A DNA stretch of 64,000 nucleotides from Octopus vulgaris (GCA_951406725.2 OX597841.1:2914001-2978000), one strand, 5' to 3'. Shown: positions 26,103-42,949, counted from the stretch's first letter. Notes: generated by a model from the sequence alone, not told the origin. Translations and numbers: made by a program.

Positions 26103-26292
26103 TACTTACGGAAATGCTTCATAAAGGATAGTGTTGTTATATACGTGTGTGTCTGGCAGTTGAAAACACATCATAAATACGTATTGTAAGTATTATAAAG
26201 GTATAAAAATCAGCTGATTCAAAGAAATTGACACACTGGACATTTCACCAAACATCAAAACCAATTAGGAAGCACCTTCAACACGCATGCGT
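26103..26292 (-). promoter_or_regulatory. Promoter motif, exon 1 and donor of ZNF5
   Basis: Motif 26283-26292, donor at 26109, acceptor at 24889. Confidence 0.6.
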
Positions 26293-26461
26293 ATTTCCTC
26301 TCTCAACTATTCAAGACAACAAAGTCTCATTATCTCCCTTTACGTTTCAGTATAGTACAGATTGTATATATATATATACATATATAGTATATGCATATAT
26401 ATATATATATATAAACATATATATATACATATATAAATATCCATATATATATATATATATA

Positions 26462-27307
26462 CTAGCAGAATTGCCCGGCGTTGCTCGGGGCTGAATTGCT
26501 TGAAAGTACTGTTAATGATTGCACTGAATTATGATGATTATTCAGGCAAATATTGATATAAGTTTACGGTGGGAGATAAGGACTTAACGATCAAACGTGT
26601 GCCATTGCATTGTTTTGGGGGAACCAAATATCTGATGAGCATTATAGGGGCACCAACTTTAAGTTTGAGAAAGTGTGGTGGTAGTCGGGGTGCTCAAAGG
26701 AATTGAGTACCTCTATTGGATAGTTGATGACATCCTCTGGGTCAGGAGTTGTATCGATAGACTGATATACATAGACTTCCCTAGGAATGAGTTTTAGCAT
26801 TTCATCATTACTATGGTGAACAGTTTTATTCCTCGGGGCCAGAATAGCCCTTTGGCCAATCCGATCCATATTCTGATAATAAGCTTGTAGATCTTGGAAC
26901 ACTGCATCTCTGAGATCAGAAGGCGTCTTAACAAAGGTACAAATGGAATCGATGGCAATATTACCAGTTTCATCCCCTGGTATTTTGCCTTCGCCAAGTG
27001 CAAGGAGGGTGTGAGGAAATGCTGCTGATGTGATATTACGTTGCATATGAGCACGCATATTGGTGTGAAGTTTGAGAGTTACTTCCCTTTAGTAAAAAAA
27101 ATATGCATTAAAATGGAAAAAAATTATGGTAAATTATTTGTAAAATCGTAGACTCATCGTAGACGCGCACTAATACCCAGAAGGGCTCGATATGAATCAC
27201 GACTATAAGATACCCGGTTTTGGTTAAACTGCATCGCAAAATGTGGGAGTAGTTAGGAATCTAAATCGGAGTAGACAGACACACAACCTTTCTTTTATAT
27301 ATAAAGA
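26462..27307 (-). mobile_element. Non-autonomous Helitron with helicase fragment (mirror of 145-989)
   Basis: TC 5' end at 27307, hairpin + CTAG 3' end at 26462, ORF 26642-27058. Confidence 0.85.
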
Positions 27308-27983
27308 TTTTCGTCCTAAAAAACTTTGTATGGATTGAATGGTTACCTCTATGGAAATATATACATGCACATTATACATACATGTGTGTATAGATGAATA
27401 TATAAATACATTTAAATATCTATATACACTTTTGGGCGATCTTTCTTTTTCTTAGAGATAACTTTAGATCTTATTTTCGTCCTTAAAAACTTTGTATGGA
27501 GTGAATGGTTACCTCTATGGAAATATATACATACATGTGTGCATAGATGAATATATAAATACATTTATATATCTATATACACTTTTGGGCGATCTTTCTG
27601 CTACTTAGAGATAACTTTAGATCTTATTTTCGTCCTAAAAAACTTTGTGCGGAGTGAATGGTTACGTCTATGGAAATGTATACACAAACATTATACATAC
27701 ATCTGTGTATAGATGAATATATAAATACATTTATATATCTATATACACTTTTGGGTGATCTTTCTGCTACTTGGATATACTTTAGATCTTATATTCGTCC
27801 TAAATAACTTTGTATGGAGTGAATGGTTACCTCTATGGAAATATATACACACACATTATACATACATCTGTGTATAGTTGAATATATAAATACATTTAAA
27901 TATCTGTATACACTTTTGGGCGATGTTTCTGCTACTTGGATATACTTTAGATCTTATATTCGTCCTAAAAAACTTTGTATGAA
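27308..27983. repeat. ~165-bp tandem satellite, ~4 units
   Basis: cgtcc anchor at 27312, 27478, 27631, 27796, 27961. Confidence 0.9.
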
Positions 27984-28208
27984 TTGAAAAATAAAATGAA
28001 TTGAAATTTTTAAGAAAGGAATTTGTTTACATACATGTGTGAAATGGCAAATGTTTGGGCAGTTGTCCGAAATGGAACCAGGGTAAATGTGTGGAACTGA
28101 TGTATAATAATGAATAGGCCTTCTTGTTGTGAATATTAATTTGATGAATATGAACTGAAAACCAGTGGTGTAGCAAAAAGGATGACCAGTCTGACTGGCT
28201 CATCCCTG

Positions 28209-28212
28209 TCAC

Positions 28213-28256
<44 letters not shown>

Positions 28257-28314
28257 TCACACACACACACGCACGCACACACACACTCACACACACGCAC
28301 ACACACACACACAC
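28209..28314. repeat. (CA)n microsatellite
   Basis: Direct reading. Confidence 0.95.
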
Positions 28315-28496
28315 GTTAGCTTACAATTTTATTTATATATTTGCGTGTCTGTGTGTAAAGAGGAAGTGGGAGTAATATGCAGAGTAAAGGCTTTGAAGTG
28401 AAATGGTAGTTTTCTCGAATTTTTTCTGAAATGGGGGTGAAATTGAAAGAAATTTTGTATGTCATGACCGAATGGAAGTACTTTGAAAAATCATAG

Positions 28497-28539
28497 GATT
28501 TACCACAGATCTCACAGTGATATGGTGTCTCTCCTGTAT
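28497..28539 (-). pseudogene. ZNF remnant downstream of LINE insertion ([13 protein letters not shown])
   Basis: Continues the finger array interrupted at 30095. Confidence 0.75.
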
Positions 28540-30330
<1,791 letters not shown>

Positions 30331-30734
30331 TTATTATTATTTTTATAATTTGTATATATTTATTTTATTATAAATGCAACACAACACCCCAGAGGAATTG
30401 ACATAAGCTTAAATAATAAACCGCCATAGGTGAACCCCGATATGGCAAGGGATTACAATATTTCTAGTCATGAAAAAGCCATAAAGTAAGTTATTGTATA
30501 ACATATTTATTGAGTGAAGCATTTAAAAGATAAACAATGAACAAAATGTGAGGATGCGTAATTCAATAAAGAATCATGTGAAGGGTTGACAGGAGGGGGA
30601 AGAGTTTTGGTACAGAGTTCCTTACACCATGGAATAAAATGTTAAAATTACAAAAACAAAAAAAAATCTAAAAGTTTTGGAAACTTCCATTGTATAAATC
30701 AGAGGAATATTATAAATATATAGTAAACTAGAAA

Positions 30735-32411
30735 CTACCCTTTTCCTTTCTTCCCTATATGAATATATTTGTGCTTTGTTAAGCCTTTTTTACCAGAGAA
30801 TGATTTACCACAAATATCACAGTGATATGGCTTCTCTCCTGTATGAACATGTTTATGTGAAATTAAGGTACTATTTTGAGCGAATGATTTACCACAGATA
30901 TCACAGTGAAATGGCTTCTCTCCTGTATGAATACGTTTATGCGCAGTTAAGATACGATTCTCAGAGAATGATTCACCACAGATATTACAATGATACGGTT
31001 TCTCTCCTGTATGAATACGTTTATGTCTAGTTAAGGTACTATTTTGAGAGAATGATTTACCACAGATATCACAATGATATGGTTTTTCTCCTGTATGAAT
31101 ATATCTGTGATTTGCTAAGCCACATTTGTGAGAGAATGATTTACCACAGATATCACATTGATATGGTTTCCCTGCTGTATGAATATGCTTATGTATAGTT
31201 AAGGCAGGACTTTCAGAGAATGATTTGCCACAGATATCACAGTGATATGGTGTCTCTCCTGTATGAATACGCTTGTGTGTAGTTAACAATCTACTTTCAG
31301 GGAATGATTTACCACAGATCTCACAGTGATACGGTTTCTCTCCTGTATGAATACGTTTGTGCGTAGTTAAATCAGGATTACGAGAAAATGATTTACCACA
31401 GATATCACAGTGATATGGTTTCTCTCCTGTATGAATATACCTGTGAGTAGTTAAGTGAGAACTCTGAGAAAATGATGAACCACAGATATCACAACGATAT
31501 GGTTTCTCTCCTGTATGAATTCGTTTGTGTTGCACTACCTCCCTATTTGAAGAGAATGATTTACCACAAATATCACAATGATACGGTTTCTCTCCTGTAT
31601 GTGTACGTTTGTGTCGAGTTATGGCACTACGCTGAGAGAATGATTTACCACAGATATCACAGGGATATGGCTTTTCTCCTGTATGAATACGTTTGTGCAT
31701 AGTTAAATCATGGTTGTGAGAGAATGATTTACCACAGATCTCACAGTGATATGGTGTCTCTCCTGTATGAATACGCTTGTGTGTAGTTAACACACTACTT
31801 GCAGAGAATGATTTGCCACAGATATCACAATGATATGGTTTTTCATCTGTATGAAAACGTTTGTGTATAGTTAATTGATGTTTACTAGAGAACGATTTAC
31901 CACAGATATCACAATGATATGGTTTCTCTCCTGTATGAATATACCTGTGATTAGTTAAGTTATAACTCTGAGAAAATGATTTACCACAGATATCACAACG
32001 ATATGGCTTAACACCTGTATGAATACGTATGTGTGTAGTTAAGCAATAACTCCGAGAGAATGATGAACCACAGATGTTACAATGATATGGTTTCTCTCCT
32101 GTATGAATACGCTTGTGTGCAGATAAATTACAACTTAGAGAAAATGATTTACCACAGACATCACAGTGATAAGGCTTTTTCTTTGTATGAAGACCTTCAT
32201 GTGAAGTCAAGGCACTTTGGTCAGAGAATGATTTACCACAGATCTCACACTGATATGGTTTTTCCCCTGTATGAATACGTCTGTGGGAAATTAGGTTACA
32301 TTTTAGGGAGAAGACCTTTTTACAAATGTCACAGTCATACGACAATTTTCTCATCTCTTTTATGTGTTCAGATGAAATCAGTTCTTCAACTTTTTCACTC
32401 TTTTCCATCAT
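30735..32411 (-). CDS. ZNF6: C2H2 zinc-finger protein, 19 fingers
   Basis: ORF 30735-32423, ATG 32411, ends HIGKKGKG*. Confidence 0.9.
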   Translation of the reverse strand: MMEKSEKVEELISSEHIKEMRKLSYDCDICKKVFSLKCNLISHRRIHTGEKPYQCEICGKSFSDQSALTSHEGLHTKKKPYHCDVCGKSFSLSCNLSAHKRIHTGEKPYHCNICGSSFSRSYCLTTHIRIHTGVKPYRCDICGKSFSQSYNLTNHRYIHTGEKPYHCDICGKSFSSKHQLTIHKRFHTDEKPYHCDICGKSFSASSVLTTHKRIHTGETPYHCEICGKSFSHNHDLTMHKRIHTGEKPYPCDICGKSFSQRSAITRHKRTHTGEKPYHCDICGKSFSSNREVVQHKRIHTGEKPYRCDICGSSFSQSSHLTTHRYIHTGEKPYHCDICGKSFSRNPDLTTHKRIHTGEKPYHCEICGKSFPESRLLTTHKRIHTGETPYHCDICGKSFSESPALTIHKHIHTAGKPYQCDICGKSFSHKCGLANHRYIHTGEKPYHCDICGKSFSQNSTLTRHKRIHTGEKPYHCNICGESFSENRILTAHKRIHTGEKPFHCDICGKSFAQNSTLISHKHVHTGEKPYHCDICGKSFSGKKGLTKHKYIHIGKKGKG

Positions 32412-33237
32412 TTTCCCCTGCAAATCACAACGTATAAATTTTTCTTCCCTTTTATTCCTTACATAAACTTCTACTTTTCTATTTGTGCTCAGTGTTACTT
32501 TTGTCTAGCAACACTTAGATACACTTATCCAAGTTTAATCAACATACAAGCTCCTCTTCTTGATACTCCAGTCAGTGATGTCCAGAAATTTGATTAATGA
32601 TACCAGCTCAGAGTAAATGTTTTACAGGACCTCTATCTCAGAATTGTAGAAACAATCTGATACATCTATTTTGTATAATATTTTCCTTTAGTCCTTAAAA
32701 CGTGGTAGGTATTGAGGATGTTTCTTCTGTTATGCCAGTGTCATCTGATGTTCTGAAATGATATAGAAAGAGCAGTGTAAGATGTAGAGGCGACAGATTC
32801 AGCTGGTATTTAACATAGGGGAGCAGATAGATGAACAATGGCAGGAAGTAAAGGAGAGAAAACCTTATCAGTACTCAATTAATATGCTCAAATAAGAAAA
32901 TAGGAGCTTGGTTAACAAGATAGATGTTGAGGTGTTATCAATGCATAGAACAGGCATGACAATGAGACAGAGCTCACAGATATAGCAAGAGACAGACGGA
33001 ACTTCAACAGAAAACGTGAATGGAACAATAACACCCAGCACACTATGCAACACGATAACTAAAGACAATGGGAGAGAGAAAAAGTTAAAAAAGACACAGA
33101 TACCAACAGTGTAATACATAAACCCTTCTACCGACACACAAAACATATTAGAAAATATTTCTCAAAATAAAACACAACAAAAGGTTAATGTTACAAACTA
33201 ACATGGCAACAAGGGAGTCTGTAGAAGGTTTCGTCCG

Positions 33238-33887
33238 TAGCTAGAAATAGCAGCTAAATCTCGAACAAATCAGTGACAACTCCTTTCATAGCTAGAAATA
33301 GCAGCCAAATCTCGAACAAATCAGTGATAACTCTCTTTCATAACTAGAAATAGCAGCCAAATCTCGAACAAATCAGTGATAACTGTCTTTCAAAGCTAGA
33401 AATAGCAGCTAAATCTCGAACAAATCAGTGATAACTCTCTTTCAAAACTAGAAATAGCAGCCAAATCTCGAACAAATCAGTGATAACTGTCTTTCAAAGC
33501 TAGAAATAGCAGCCAAATCTCGAACAAATCAGTGATAACTCTCTTTCAAAACTAGAAATAGCAGCCAAATCTCGAACAAATCAGTGATAACTGTCTTTCA
33601 AAGCTAGAAATAGCAGCTAAATCTCGAACAAATCAGTGACAACTCCTTTCATAGCTAGAAATAGCAGCCAAATCTCGAACAAATCAGTGATAACTCTCTT
33701 TCATAACTAGAAATAGCAGCCAAATCTCGAACAAATCAGTGATAACTCTCTTTCAAAACTAGAAATAGCAGCCAAATCTCGAACAAATCAGTGATAACTG
33801 TCTTTCAAAGCTAGAAATAGCAGCCAAATCTCGAACAAATCAGTGACAACTCTCTTTCATAGCTAGAAATAGCAGCCAAATCTCGAA
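33238..33887. repeat. 52-bp intronic minisatellite, ~13 units
   Basis: Direct reading. Confidence 0.95.
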
Positions 33888-33963
33888 GCTGGAAGCGAAA
33901 CAAATAATCGACGGCGAAAAACCAAACGGCTACAGACTTAAAAACATTGAATAATTTCCTTAA

Positions 33964-34127
33964 TACTTACGGAAATGTTTCACAAAGGATAGTGTTATGT
34001 ATGTGTGTTTCTGGTAGTTGAGGAATGCATTATAAGACCGTATAATAAGCATTATCAGCTGATTTCAAAGAAATTCATGGATCAAGACATTTAATAATAT
34101 ACCAAAATGCATTCAACGCGCATGCGT
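33964..34127 (-). promoter_or_regulatory. Promoter motif, exon 1 and donor of ZNF6
   Basis: Motif 34118-34127, donor at 33970, acceptor at 32753. Confidence 0.6.
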
Positions 34128-34247
34128 ACTTCCTCTCTCAACTATTTTCCCTTGTTTATCTCCCTTTAGGCAGCTGATGTACTTTTCTCTCTGGTCGAGT
34201 CATACCGCCTTCTTATCTAACACACCGGTTCCATTACGACTCATTTA

Positions 34248-34668
34248 GGAGCTTTTCGGTTTGACCGGCACTTTTTTTAATATAATTTCCACGTAACTAA
34301 ACACTTTTAACCTTCGTATACTGGTAGAATTTGTTTATAAAACATCTTTTTCTCTTCGCTTTATAGAGAAAATTCTATAGTTTCTAAGATATTTGTATTG
34401 TTTTCTCTCAATTTCTGCAATTTCAACCAATCAATGACGTCCATTGAAGTAAAAACTTTCTGTGCCGTATGAATAAGTCCCTCGTTTAAGAAACAGATTG
34501 GCTTTATTTACCTTTGTGAAGAAAAGAAGATACCCTCCCCTCCACCCCTAACTGAATCTAACCCTAAAACACATTGAAATGCAATAGATCGATACTAGGG
34601 TCATAATTATGGGTGACAATTTCGAATGGCACCGCTAGAAAAAACTGCCGTTGAAACCGAAAATATCT
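34248..34668. mobile_element. MITE copy
   Basis: Same TIRs as 6426-6847. Confidence 0.75.
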
Positions 34669-34905
34669 GGTTGAAATTGCAGAAATTGAAGAAAAAAAAC
34701 AACAAATATAATACAAACTATAGAATTTTCTCAATACAGCCAGACCATTAGTTCTTATGAATACCGTCATCAGCTGGCTAATTTCAACCAAAGATTCAAA
34801 GAATTTAGGTTCAACATTCCCAACAGGAAAGTGGGTAGTGTTCCAACAAGATCATGCCAGACCAAATGTTTCTTTGACTGGTTTTGAAAAAAAGGTATCT
34901 TACCT

Positions 34906-35298
34906 AGGTGTAGGAGTGTCTGTGTGGTAAGTAGCTTGCTTACTAACCACATGGTTCCGGGTTCAGTCCCACTGCGTGGCATCTTGGGCAAGTGTCTTGT
35001 ACTATAGCCTTGGGCCGACCAAAGCCTTGTGAGTGGATTTGGTAGACGGAAACTGAAAGAAGCCCGTCGTATGTATGTATATATATATCTGTGTGTTTGT
35101 GTATGTTTGTGTGTCTGTGTTTGTCCCCCCTAGCATTGCTTGACAACATATACTGGTGTGTTTACGTCCCCGTCACTTAGCACTTCTGCAAAAGAGACCG
35201 ATAGGATAAGTACAAGGCTTACAAAGAATAAGTTCTGGGGTCAATTTGCTTGACTAAAGGCAGTGCTCCAGCATGGCCACAGTCAAATGATTGAAACA
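34906..35298 (+). mobile_element. SINE family A
   Basis: Duplicated flank copy. Confidence 0.8.
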
Positions 35299-35378
35299 GA
35301 TGCATTTTGACTCCATCTAAATCATTCAGTGTTTTTCTTTGCAATGAGTTCTGTAGAGACAAGAACAAGTGGTAATCA

Positions 35379-35759
<381 letters not shown>

Positions 35760-36971
35760 TTATGATCGGGTGTTAACATTGGGTTTTTGGATCCTGTGAG
35801 TTTGATCGTATGAATTTTCCGAGTCCTTTCCGCCCAACCATTCGCCAGCACACCTTATCCGAGTTGGACCCCAACCCTCCGTCACGAAAAAGTAAAGGAG
35901 ATAGGAAATAAAGGAGAGAAAACCTTATCAGTACTCTATTAATATGCTCAATTAGAAAATAGGAGCTTGGTTAACAAGATAGATGTTGAGGTGTTATCAA
36001 TGCATAGAACAGGCATGACAATGAGACAGATCACAGATCTCACGGATATAGCAACAGGTTTTTACACTATTTTTTCCCCCTTTTTTATGATCGGGTGTTA
36101 ACATTGGGTTTTTGGATCCTGTGAGTTTGATCGTATGAATTTTCCGAGTCCTCTCCGCCCCACCATTCACCAGCGCACCTTATCCGAGTTGGACCCCAAC
36201 CCTCCGTCACAAAAAAAAAAAACAATAGTGTACTAGGCGTGAAATAACATGAAGAAAAAAATTGCACCGACGAAAGGGGGAAGTGGTGAGAGGACTTGGA
36301 ACATTCCCGATGTGAATTTTCCGAGTCATCTCCTCACCCCTCCCGTTTGCCGGCGCGCATTTTTTTTTCAGATTCGTTTACTACGTTTTTACACCTATTA
36401 CACTATTTTTTTTTTCCATTTTTTGGCTCGAGTCAAACACTGAAGGTGAACCCTTTTTACTCCCTTTAATAAATTGCTCTTTTTATCGAAATGCACTCAA
36501 ATTACACGTATGTCCTCGGATAGATTGTCGAGGATGAAGTCAGTCTGTGGTCGTCATCATCATCGTTTAACGTCCGTTCTCCATGCTAGCATGGGTTGGA
36601 CGGTTCGACCGGGGATCTGGGAAGCCAGAGGCTGCACCAGGCTCCGGTCTTACCTGGCAATGTTTCTACAACTGGATGCCCTTCCTAACGCCAACCACTC
36701 CGGGAGTGTAGAGTTTGGAAACCACTGATCTACATAATCTGAAAAGTATTTTCAGAAATTTCTATTTAAAGTTATCCATTGTTAGTTATGAGAAAACAAA
36801 TTGCTATCAGGGTGGGCGCACATCTCTAGTTATACCAAGAAACAAACGTTCGATAAAGGATTGGTTTCTGAACATTTCAGCGGTTGGAATGTATTAGAAA
36901 ATATTTCTCAAAATAAAACACAACAGAAGGTTAATGTTACAAACTAACATGGCAACAAGGGAGTGTGCAGA

Positions 36972-37720
36972 AACGGCAGCCAAATCTCAAACAAATCAGT
37001 GATAACTCCCATTCAAAGCTAGAAATAGCAGTCAAATCTCGAACAAATCAGTGACAACTCTCTTTCATAGCTAGAAATAGCAGCCAAATCTCTAACAAAT
37101 CAGTGATAACTCTCTTTCAAAGCTAGAAATAGCAGCCAAATCTCGAACAAATCAGTGATAACTCTCTTTCATAGGTAGAAATAGCAGCCAAATCTCTAAC
37201 AAATCAGTGATAACTCTCTTTCAAAGCTAGAAATAGCAGCCAAATCTCGAACAAATGAGTGACAGCTCTCTTTCAAAGCTAGAAATAGCAGCCAAATCTC
37301 GAACAAATCAGTGACAACTCTCTTTCACAGCTAGAAATAGCAGCCAAATCTCGAACAAATCAGTGATAACTCTCTTTCACAGCTAGAAATAGCAGCCAAA
37401 TCTCGAACAAATCAGTGATAACTCTCTTTCATAGCTAGAAATAGCAGCCAAATCTCGAACTAATCAGTGACAACTCTCTTTTTTTAGCTAGAAATAGCAG
37501 CCAAATCTCGAACAAATCAGTGATAGCTCTCTTTCATAGCTAGAAATAGCAGCCAAATCTCGAACAAATCAGTGATAGCTCTCTTTCAAAGCTAGAAATA
37601 GCAGCCAAATCTCGAACAAATCAGTGACAGCTCTCTTTCAAAGCTAGAAATAGCAGCCAAATCTCGAACAAATCAGTGACAACTCTCTTTCATAGCTAGA
37701 AATAGCAGCCAAATCTCGAA
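36972..37720. repeat. 52-bp minisatellite, ~15 units
   Basis: Direct reading. Confidence 0.95.
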
Positions 37721-37797
37721 GGTGGAAGCGAAACAAATAATCGACAGGCGAAAAACCAAACGTCTACAGACTTAAAAACATTGAATAATTTCATTAA

Positions 37798-37961
37798 TAC
37801 TTACGGAAATGTTTAACAAAGGATAGTGTTATGTATGTGTGTTTCTGGTAGTTGAGGAATGCATTATAAGACCGTATAATAAGCATTATCAGCTGATTTC
37901 AAAGAAATTCATGGATCAAGACATTTAATAAGATACCAAAATGCATTCAACGCGCATGCGT
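37798..37961 (-). promoter_or_regulatory. Orphan promoter motif, exon 1 and donor (own acceptor deleted)
   Basis: Motif 37952-37961, donor at 37804. No copy of the conserved acceptor until 32753. Confidence 0.55.
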
Positions 37962-38081
37962 AATTCCTCTCTCAACTATTTTCCCTTGTTTATCTCCCTT
38001 TATGCAGCTGATGTACTTTTCTCTCTGGTCGAGTCATACCGCCTTCTTATCTAACACACCGGTTCCATTACAACTCATTTA

Positions 38082-38504
38082 GGAGCTTTTCGGTTTGACC
38101 GGCACTTTTTTTAATATAATTTCCACGTAACTAAACACTTTTAACCTTCGTATACTGGTAGAATTTGTTTATAAAACATCTTTTTCTCTTCGCTTTATTG
38201 AGAAAATTCTATAGTTTCTAAGATATTTGTTGTTCTTTTTTCTTCAATTTCTGCAATTTCAACCAATTAATGACGTCCATTGAAGTAAAAATCATTATGT
38301 GCCGTATGAATATGTCCCTCGTTTAAGAAACAGATTGGGTTTATTTACATTTGTGAAGAAAAAAAGATACCCTTCCCCCACCCCTAACTAAATCTAACCT
38401 TAAAACACATTGAAATGCAATAGATCGATACTAGGGTCATAATTAGGGGTGACAATTTCATATGACACCGCTAGAAAAAACTGCCGTTCAAACCGAAAAT
38501 ATCT
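38082..38504. mobile_element. MITE copy
   Basis: Same TIRs. Confidence 0.75.
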
Positions 38505-38741
38505 GATTGAAATTGCAGAAATTGAAGAAAAAAAACAACAAATATAATACAAACTAAAGAATTTTCTCAATACAGCCAGACCATTAGTTCTTATGAATAC
38601 TGTCATCAGCTGGCTAATTTCAACCAAAGATTCAAAGAATTGAGGGTCAACATTCCCAACAGGAAAGTGGGTAGTGTTCCAACAAGATCATGCCAGATCA
38701 AATATTTCTTTGACTTGTTTTGAAAAAAAGGTATCTTATCT

Positions 38742-39127
38742 AGGCGTAGGAGTGGCTGTGTGGTAAGTAGCTTGCTTACTAACCACATGGTTCTGGGTTC
38801 AGTCCCACTGCGTGGCATCTTGGGCAAGTGTCTTGTACTATAGCCTTGGGCCGACCAAAGCCTTGTGAGTGGATTTGGTAGAGGGAAACTGAAAGAAGCC
38901 TGTCGTATATATGTATATATATATGTATATGTATGTTTGTGTGTCTGTGTTTGTCTCCCTAGCATTGCTTGACAACAGATGCTGGTGAGTTTACGTCCCC
39001 GTCACTTAGCACTTCTGCAAAAGAGACTGATAGGATAAGTACAAGGCTTACAAAGAATAAGTCCTGGGGTCAATTTGCTTGACCAAAGGCAGTGCTCCAG
39101 CATGGTCGCAGTCAAATGACTGAAACA
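38742..39127 (+). mobile_element. SINE family A
   Basis: Duplicated flank copy. Confidence 0.8.
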
Positions 39128-39762
39128 GATGCATTTTTGACTCCATCTAAATCATTCAATGTTTTTCTTTGCAATGAGTTCTGTAGAGACAAGAACAAGT
39201 GGTAATCAGATGGCACAATATGGTCTCTCGTTTTGTACTTAGGTTATTGTTTGTCTACATACAGTAATCCTTCGATTATCGCAGGTGTTACATCCCAAAA
39301 CCCCATGATGAGTGAAAATATGCAAAGTAGAAACCTACTGTACTGTATATTCTTCTTCTTATTATTAATTTTATAATTTGTATATATTTATTTTATTATA
39401 AATGCAACACAACACCCCAGAGGAATTGACATAAGCTTAAATAATAAACCGCCATAGGTGAACCCCGATATGGCAAGGGATTACAATATTTCTAGTCATG
39501 AAAAAGCCATAAAGTAAGTTATTGTATAACATATTTATTGAGTGAAGCATTTAAAAGATAAACAATGAACAAAATGTGAGGATGCGTAATTCAATAAAGA
39601 ATCATGTGAAGGGTTGACAGGAGGAGGAAGAGTTTTGGTACAGAGTTCCTTACACCATGGAATAAAATGTGAAAATTACAAAAACAAAAAAAAATCTAAA
39701 AGTTTTGGAAATTTCCATTGTATAAATCAGAGGAATATTATAAATATATAGTAAACTAGAAA

Positions 39763-41439
39763 CTACCCTTTTCCCTTCTTCCCTATATGAATATATTTGT
39801 GCTTTGTTAAGCCACTGTTGCCAGAGAATGATTTACCACAAATATCACAGTGAAATGGCTTCTCTCCTGTATGAACATGTTTATGTGAAATTAAGGTACT
39901 ATTTTGAGCGAATGATTTACCACAGATATCACAGTGAAATGGCTTCTCTCCTGTATGAATACGTTTATGCGCAGTTAAGATACGATTCTCAGAGAATGTT
40001 TCGCCACAGATATTACAATGATACGGTTTCTCTCCTGTATGAATACGTTTATGTCTAGTTAAGGTACTATTTTGAGAGAATGATTTACCACAGATATCAC
40101 AGTGATATGGTTTTTCTCCTGTATGAATATATCTGTGATTTGCTAAGCCACATTTGTGAGAGAATGATTTACCACAGATATCACAGAGATAAGGTTTCCC
40201 TGGTCTATGAATATGCTTATGTATAGTTAAGGCAGGACTTTCAGAGAATGATTTGCCACAGATATCACAGTGATATGGTGTCTCTCCTGTATGAATACGC
40301 TCGTGTGTAGTTAACAATCTACTTTCAGGGAATGATTTACCACAGATATCACAGTGATACGGTTTCTCTCCTGTATGAATACGTTTGTGCGTAGTTAAAC
40401 CATGATTACGAGAGAATGATTTACCACAGATATCACAATGATATGGTTTCTCTCCTGTATGAATATGCCTGTGATTAGTTAAGTTATAACTCTGAGAAAA
40501 TGATAAACCACAGATATCACAACGATATGGTTTCTCTCCTGTATGAATTCGTTTGTGTTGCACTAACTCACTATTTGAAGAGAATGATTTACCACAAATA
40601 TCACAATGATATGGTTTCTCTCCTGTATGTGTACGTTTGTGTCGAGTTATGGCACTACTCTGGGAGAATGATTTACCACAGACATCACATTGATATGGCT
40701 TTTCTCCTGTATGAATACGTTTGTGCATAGTTAAATCATGGTTGTGAGAGAATGATTTACCACAGATCTCACAGTGATATGGTTTCTCTCCTGTATGAAT
40801 ACGCTTGTGTCTAGTTAACACACTACTTGCAGAGAATGATTTGCCACAGATATCACAATGATATGGTTTTTCATCTGTATGAAAACGTTTGTGTATAGTT
40901 AATTGATGATTACTAGAGAACGATTTACCACAGATACCACAACGATATGGCTTCTCACCTGTATGAATATGTATGTGTGTAGTTAAGCAATAACTCCGAG
41001 AGAATGATGAACCACAGATGTTACAATAATATGGTTTCTCTCCTGTATGAATACGCTTGTGTGAAACCAGGGCACTCCAATCAGAGAATGATTCACTACA
41101 GTTCTCACAATGATATGGTTTCTCTCCTGTACGAATACGCTTGTGTGCAGATAAATTACAACTTAGAGAAAATGATTTACCACAGACATCACAGTGATAA
41201 GGCTTTTTCTTTGTATGAAGACCTTCATGTGAAGTCAAGGCACTTTGGTCAGAGAATGATTTACCACAGATCTCACACTGATATGGTTTTTCCCCTGCAT
41301 GAATACGTCTGTGGGAAATCAGGTTACATTTTACGGAGAAGACCTTTTTACAAATGTCACAGTCATACGACAATTTTCTCATCTCTTTTATGTGTTCAGA
41401 TGAAATCAGTTCTTCAACTTTTTCACTCTTTTCCATCAT
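39763..41439 (-). CDS. ZNF7: C2H2 zinc-finger protein, 19 fingers (finger 3 lacks second His)
   Basis: ORF 39763-41451, ATG 41439. Confidence 0.9.
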   Translation of the reverse strand: MMEKSEKVEELISSEHIKEMRKLSYDCDICKKVFSVKCNLISHRRIHAGEKPYQCEICGKSFSDQSALTSHEGLHTKKKPYHCDVCGKSFSLSCNLSAHKRIRTGEKPYHCENCSESFSDWSALVSHKRIHTGEKPYYCNICGSSFSRSYCLTTHIHIHTGEKPYRCGICGKSFSSNHQLTIHKRFHTDEKPYHCDICGKSFSASSVLTRHKRIHTGEKPYHCEICGKSFSHNHDLTMHKRIHTGEKPYQCDVCGKSFSQSSAITRHKRTHTGEKPYHCDICGKSFSSNSELVQHKRIHTGEKPYRCDICGLSFSQSYNLTNHRHIHTGEKPYHCDICGKSFSRNHGLTTHKRIHTGEKPYHCDICGKSFPESRLLTTHERIHTGETPYHCDICGKSFSESPALTIHKHIHRPGKPYLCDICGKSFSHKCGLANHRYIHTGEKPYHCDICGKSFSQNSTLTRHKRIHTGEKPYHCNICGETFSENRILTAHKRIHTGEKPFHCDICGKSFAQNSTLISHKHVHTGEKPFHCDICGKSFSGNSGLTKHKYIHIGKKGKG

Positions 41440-42271
41440 TTTCCCCTGCAAATCACAACGTATAAATTTTCTTCCTTTTTATTCCTTACATAAACTTCTA
41501 CTTTTCTATTTGTGCTCAGTGTTACTTTTGTCTAGCAACACTTAGATACACTTATCTAAGTTTAATCAGCATACAAGCTCCTCTTCTTGATACTCCAGTC
41601 AGTGATGTCCAGAAATTTGGTTAATGATACCAGCTCAGAGTAAATGTTTTACAGGGCCTCTATCTCAGAATTGTAGAAACAATCTGATACATCTATTTTG
41701 TATAATATTTTCCTTTAGTCCTTAAAACGTGGTAGGTATTGAGGATGTTTCTTCTGTTATGCCAGTGTCATCTGATGTTCTGAAATGATAAAGAAAGAGC
41801 AGTGTAAGATGTAGAGGCGACAGATTCAGCTGGTATTTAACATAGGGGAGCAGATAGATGAACAATGGCAGGAAGTAAAGGAGAGAAAACCTTATCAGTA
41901 CTCAATTAATATGCTCAAATAGAAGATAGGAGCTTGGTTAACAAGATAGATGTTGAGGTGTTATCAATGCATAGAACAGGCATGACAATGAGACAGATCA
42001 CAGAGCTCACAGATATAGCAAGAGACAGACGGAACTTCAACAGAAAACGTGAATGGAACAATAACACCCAGCACACTATGCAACACGATAACTAAAGACA
42101 ATGGGGAGAGAGAAAAAGTTAAAAAAGACACAGATACCAACAGTGTAATACATAAACCCTTCTACCGACACACAAAACATATTAGAAAATATTTCTCAAA
42201 ATAAAACACAACAAAAGGTTAATGTTACAAACTAACATGGCAACAAGGGAGTCTGTAGAAGGTTTCGTCCG

Positions 42272-42873
42272 TAGCTAGAAATAGCAGCTAAATCTCGAAC
42301 AAATCAGTGACAACTCTCTTTCATAGCTAGAAATAGCAGCCAAATTTCGAACAAATCAGTGATAGCACTCTTTCATAGCTAGAAATAGCAGCCAAATCTC
42401 GAACAAATCAGTGATAACTCTCTTTCATAGCTAGAAATAGCAGCCAAATCTCGAACAAATCAGTGATAGCACTCTTCGTCCGTGCTGGAAATAGCAGCCA
42501 AATCTCGAACAAATCAGTGACAGCTCTCTTTCATAGCTAGAAATAGCAGCCAAATCTCGAACAAATCAGTGATAACTCTCTTTCATAGCTAGAAATAGCA
42601 GCCAAATCTCGAACAAATCAGTGATAAGACTCTTTCATAGCTAGAAATAGCAGCCAAATCTCGAACAAATCAGTGATAACTCTCTTTCATAACTAGAAAT
42701 AGCAGCCAAATCTCGAACAAATCAGTGATAACTCTCTTTCAAAACTAGAAATAGCAGCCAAATCTCGAACAAATCAGTGATAACTGTCTTTCAAAGCTAG
42801 AAATAGCAGCCAAATCTCGAACAAATCAGTGACAACTCTCTTTCATAGCTAGAAATAGCAGCCAAATCTCGAA
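42272..42873. repeat. 52-bp intronic minisatellite, ~12 units
   Basis: Direct reading. Confidence 0.95.
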
Positions 42874-42949
42874 GCTGGAAGCGAAACAAATAATCGACGG
42901 CGAAAAACCAAACGTCTACAGACTTAAAAACATTGAATAATTTCCTTAA

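Noticed and set aside
33238-33887. CRISPR-like repeat/spacer look of the 52-bp arrays
   Set aside because: Spacers are near-identical to each other, there are no cas genes, and the context is a eukaryotic intron. It is a minisatellite.
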